From the NCBI GenBank assembly GCA_963809925.1, contig CAWELH010000005.1, positions 87,196 through 151,195 of the forward strand: a stretch of 64,000 bases of DNA. Direction: 5' to 3'. This stretch comes from an uncultured Bacteroidales bacterium. GTDB taxonomy: Bacteria; Bacteroidota; Bacteroidia; Bacteroidales; GCA-2748055. The notes beneath the pieces are model-generated. The model saw nothing but the letters and a program-made list of their open reading frames with translations, was not told the origin of the DNA and ran no database searches. The position numbers were made by a program, and so were the translations under genes. The first letter of the stretch is position 1; every line of letters begins with the position of its first letter. Below, piece after piece: positions 60,783 to 64,000 of this stretch.

Positions 60783-61949
60783 ATGAAACACTGTTTTCGT
60801 ATAGTTCTGATTTCCTTGCTGGCGACTGCAATGTGCCCGGCTCAGCAGCCTGAAAAAATTTATTCTGTAGCGAAGGTCAGGAAAACACATGAGTACTATG
60901 TTTCTCAGGCCGGATTATGGTGGAATATTGTGAATGAACATCGCCAAGACGAGGATGGCTGGTATAACTATTTTGCAGCCTGCAGGATGGCAGGCCTGAC
61001 TAACCAGGATAATGTCGATTGGCTGAGCGAAAGTCCTGCACTGAAAAAAGGGGATGATATCGTGGCGCTCATCGAAAAAAATATACCCGGAACCTTTACC
61101 GCTCATTACGTCAAATGGTGGAATCATGGTGCGGATATTGCCATGTTCGATGAATTAAAGAAAGCAGCAGAAATTGACCCTGACAGGGTTGAAATCTATG
61201 ATGGCTTTGTCGTTTATGGTGAAGTAACCGGGAATCCCGCAATGAGAAAAGAGTATAACCTGAAATGGTATGCATCAGAAACGATGTCAACAGGACTGTT
61301 ATACTTCAATTACAATGTGTTACAATCGCTCGACAAGGATGCCGTCCTGCTCACCGGAGGAGATAATGATACATTACCAATCTGGATGTTGCAGGACGTC
61401 AAAGGGATCCGAAAGGATGTTATTGTTCTGAATATAAGCCTGTTGTCTATCCCCTCCTATAGACACGAAATGTTCGGAAAGCTTAAAATGCCAGATCTGA
61501 ATGCAAGCTTTGATGACGGTTCATCGCCGTCAAATCTCAAGGAAATCGTTGATTTTTTTATCCTGAATCATCCCGTTGACAGACCGGTATACTTCACCTT
61601 AACTTCGTGGAAACAGTTTAATGAATATTCGGACAAGCTGTACCTTACCGGATTGGTATCCAGGTTTTCAGAAGAAAACATTGATAATATAGCCACATTG
61701 AGAAATAATTTTGAAAATAAATATTTACTCGATTACCTTAAAATGCCACTCGCTCACGATATTTCTGAAAGTGTTGTTAATTATATCAATGTAAATTATC
61801 TGCCCGGAATGATTAAATTACATGACCACTATCTCCGTAGTGGTGATACCGCCAGTGCAGGACGAATCCGCGATCTTGCAATGATTATCGCAAAACGGGC
61901 CGGTGATGACTGGACAGAAAAAACAATGGAAATGTTCAATACTCCATGA
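60783..61949 (+). CDS. Exported hypothetical protein with a DUF2723-like GDNDT segment
   Basis: Signal peptide; helical N-half; FNYNVLQSL...LLTGGDNDTLPIWMLQDVKGIRKDVIVLNISLL. Confidence 0.65.
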   Translation: MKHCFRIVLISLLATAMCPAQQPEKIYSVAKVRKTHEYYVSQAGLWWNIVNEHRQDEDGWYNYFAACRMAGLTNQDNVDWLSESPALKKGDDIVALIEKNIPGTFTAHYVKWWNHGADIAMFDELKKAAEIDPDRVEIYDGFVVYGEVTGNPAMRKEYNLKWYASETMSTGLLYFNYNVLQSLDKDAVLLTGGDNDTLPIWMLQDVKGIRKDVIVLNISLLSIPSYRHEMFGKLKMPDLNASFDDGSSPSNLKEIVDFFILNHPVDRPVYFTLTSWKQFNEYSDKLYLTGLVSRFSEENIDNIATLRNNFENKYLLDYLKMPLAHDISESVVNYINVNYLPGMIKLHDHYLRSGDTASAGRIRDLAMIIAKRAGDDWTEKTMEMFNTP

Positions 61950-62494
61950 GGTATAACGGGTATTCGGATGAACAACTGATGCAGATACTGTCCGGCTATG
62001 GTCGCGGACAGCGGTCAAGGGCATTCGACAGCCTTTACGATCGCTATTCACGGCTTCTTTACAGGTATTTTTACCATTCCCTGGGCAGGGACGACGAAAA
62101 ATCAAAAGATTTTCTGCATGACCTTTTCCTGAAGATCCTCGAACGTCCTGAATCCTTCGATGGAAACCGCAATTTCAGACCATGGATCTTCAGTGTAGCG
62201 GCGAATATGTGCAAAAATGAATACAGGAAAATGACTGTCAGGAGTGAACATGCACGACGTGAGATCCGGAACGGAGAAGAGAATCCGGCAGCCGAACCTG
62301 TAAAAAAAACCGCTGATCTCAGAGAAGTGTTCAGAAATATCTCTGAAGAACACCGGACCGTGATCGTAATGCGTTTTAAAATGAAAATGAGTATAAAGGA
62401 AATCGCAGATGTACTAGAAATCCCTGAAGGGACTGTTAAATCAAGGTTGTACTACAGCCTGAGAGAACTGAGAAAATATATGAATTCACAATAA
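61946..62494 (+). CDS. ECF sigma-70 factor
   Basis: AFDSLYDRY, D.LHDLFLK, FRPWIFSVAANMCKN, SIKEIADVLEIPEGTVKSRL. Confidence 0.93.
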   Translation: MRYNGYSDEQLMQILSGYGRGQRSRAFDSLYDRYSRLLYRYFYHSLGRDDEKSKDFLHDLFLKILERPESFDGNRNFRPWIFSVAANMCKNEYRKMTVRSEHARREIRNGEENPAAEPVKKTADLREVFRNISEEHRTVIVMRFKMKMSIKEIADVLEIPEGTVKSRLYYSLRELRKYMNSQ

Positions 62495-62504
62495 TAAGCA
62501 TATC

Positions 62505-63125
62505 ATGACGAAATCAATTATTCCTGAGAAAATATATGAACTTCTCGAAAATTTTGATTTTCAGGAGCTTGAACCCAAAGATCAGTCCATGATTGAGAGC
62601 CAGATTGGGAGGAATGAATATGAGAACCTGCGAAAGACGTATTTGAAGGTTGCGCTGGCGAGCGAAAATCCTTCTGCCGACGGGCCGGTAAATGAAGTTC
62701 ATTTTAGATTGAACAAACGGAAATCATTAACCCGCCGAATCTTCGTCGTACCGGTATGGCAGGCAGCTGCTTCAGTGGTAATCCTGCTGGGAACGGGTTT
62801 TATGTTCGGCTTTATACCGGTTAGTATGAAAAGTTCCACGCTCATCAACACCAAAGATACCGTGTATATTTCACTTGCAGATACCTTCGAAATGCTAAAA
62901 ACCGACACTGTCTGGATGTATCGGGATGCTCCGGTGCAGGCAAGCGTCAAACAGCAGGCGACACGGGAGGTTAAGGTCCCCACAGCTGTGAGTCGCGATC
63001 TGCCGGTTTACGACTGCCGTACCAACCTTTGCCCTAATGACCTTAAAAACACCAATCTTGTGGGTGACAGAAAACTTCCCGGGGGAAGTGAACTGGTAAA
63101 TAAATTTGCAGTGAGGAACTATTGA
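62505..63125 (+). CDS. Single-TM protein, probable anti-sigma factor
   Basis: Follows the ECF sigma gene; WQAAASVVILLG TM segment; DTVY/DTVW motifs. Confidence 0.6.
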   Translation: MTKSIIPEKIYELLENFDFQELEPKDQSMIESQIGRNEYENLRKTYLKVALASENPSADGPVNEVHFRLNKRKSLTRRIFVVPVWQAAASVVILLGTGFMFGFIPVSMKSSTLINTKDTVYISLADTFEMLKTDTVWMYRDAPVQASVKQQATREVKVPTAVSRDLPVYDCRTNLCPNDLKNTNLVGDRKLPGGSELVNKFAVRNY

Positions 63126-63135
63126 AATTCACCAA

Positions 63136-64000
63136 CTAATCGTCAATACTAATCGCATTGCCGGCTCCCTTAAGAGGGTATTCCTTATTGTCCCAAATAA
63201 AAGTCCCGCCTACATTCTCCGGTAGATCAATGCTGTACATCCTCTTGCCCTCAGCATGCTCGTACCTGAATCTTATGATACCCTGGGGATGAGGCATCGC
63301 TGCTTCAATCCGCTGTAAATGACCAGGTGCAGGCCGGATCACAACAGATCTGAATCCCGGTTCGGCAGGCCTTATTCCGCAAACGGTTGCAAGAAATTCA
63401 TAGTTAGGAGAGGCGCTCCATCCATGGCAGTCGGACCGCGTCGGTTCCTCTTTTTCGGCAAAGGTGGTCAGACCCAGCTTTAGCATATCCTTCCAGGGAT
63501 CGAGAAGCTGTAAGTAAAGATCCCCACGGCCGGCGATCTCGAGAGCCCTGTTCAGATAAAACCTATAGTATATCGTTGCCTGGATCAACTCCCTGTCGGT
63601 CGCAATACGCTCTATGAAGGCCCCTGCTTCATACGCCGGTACCAGACCGGTAAGAACCGCCAAAATATTGGCATGTTGACTGAATTCTGTTTTCTCCGGT
63701 GTATCAGCCAATAAATTCTTTTTATCGTCCCAGCAATTAACGAAAGTTCCGCGAATTACATCCCTGGCAATTTCCAGATAGTCTTTTGCTTCCTCTTCTC
63801 TTCCGGCAGCAGCGAACAGCGTTGATGCGGATTTAAGTGCCCAGGCGTACTGCAGACTTAGAATGGCCGAGCGGCCGGAGGAACCTCCTTTTGGTACACC
63901 ACCGGTATGTTGCTCAGGAATCCATGGCCATTGCTGCGACCAGTCGACAAAATTCCAATACGGGACATTATTCAGCATCCCGCTCACCGGGTCGAGGTAT
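63136..64000 (-). CDS. GH78 alpha-L-rhamnosidase-like protein, C-terminal part (start is outside the window)
   Basis: FVDW, SQHANILA, GLTTFAE, RSDCHGWSASP, GIRP..PGF..V.I.P; the frame stays open to the window end. Confidence 0.85.
   Translation of the reverse strand, partial: YLDPVSGMLNNVPYWNFVDWSQQWPWIPEQHTGGVPKGGSSGRSAILSLQYAWALKSASTLFAAAGREEEAKDYLEIARDVIRGTFVNCWDDKKNLLADTPEKTEFSQHANILAVLTGLVPAYEAGAFIERIATDRELIQATIYYRFYLNRALEIAGRGDLYLQLLDPWKDMLKLGLTTFAEKEEPTRSDCHGWSASPNYEFLATVCGIRPAEPGFRSVVIRPAPGHLQRIEAAMPHPQGIIRFRYEHAEGKRMYSIDLPENVGGTFIWDNKEYPLKGAGNAISIDD

Overview
Gene-dense chromosomal region of a Bacteroidota (most likely Bacteroidales) bacterium. The taxon call rests on TAnnTTTG promoter boxes, a T9SS C-terminal domain, BACON domains and many lipoproteins. 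No rRNA, tRNA, CRISPR array, transposase or prophage was recognised. About 1-40 kb is sugar catabolism: (a) a divergent hexuronate locus, with uxaE-uxaC on one strand and LacI-uxuB-PPi-type pfk-HAD-LarA-family epimerase on the other; (b) a GH94/GH3/GH30 beta-glucoside cluster; (c) a kduI-kduD-DUF4861-eda-TRAP operon; (d) an NrtR-regulated xylBAE operon preceded by nine tandem 31-bp hairpin repeats. About 40-64 kb holds an orphan HlyD adaptor, gyrB, a TPR/beta-barrel pair, ftsE, an 8-gene run (mutS2, two deacetylases, three GNAT-like proteins, a free-standing adenylation enzyme and an ACP), a secreted nucleoside hydrolase, an ECF sigma module and a partial GH78. Best candidates for new biology: (1) a uronate route through a nickel-pincer (LarA-type) epimerase coupled to a PPi-dependent PFK-family enzyme and a HAD, with no uxuA or kdgK in view; (2) a Dlt-like aminoacyl-ACP/GNAT/deacetylase system lacking an MBOAT; (3) the covarying 31-bp hairpin array next to the xylose operator; (4) a hidden auxiliary LacI operator inside the regulator gene. 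All product calls come from motif recognition by eye; no database searches were run.
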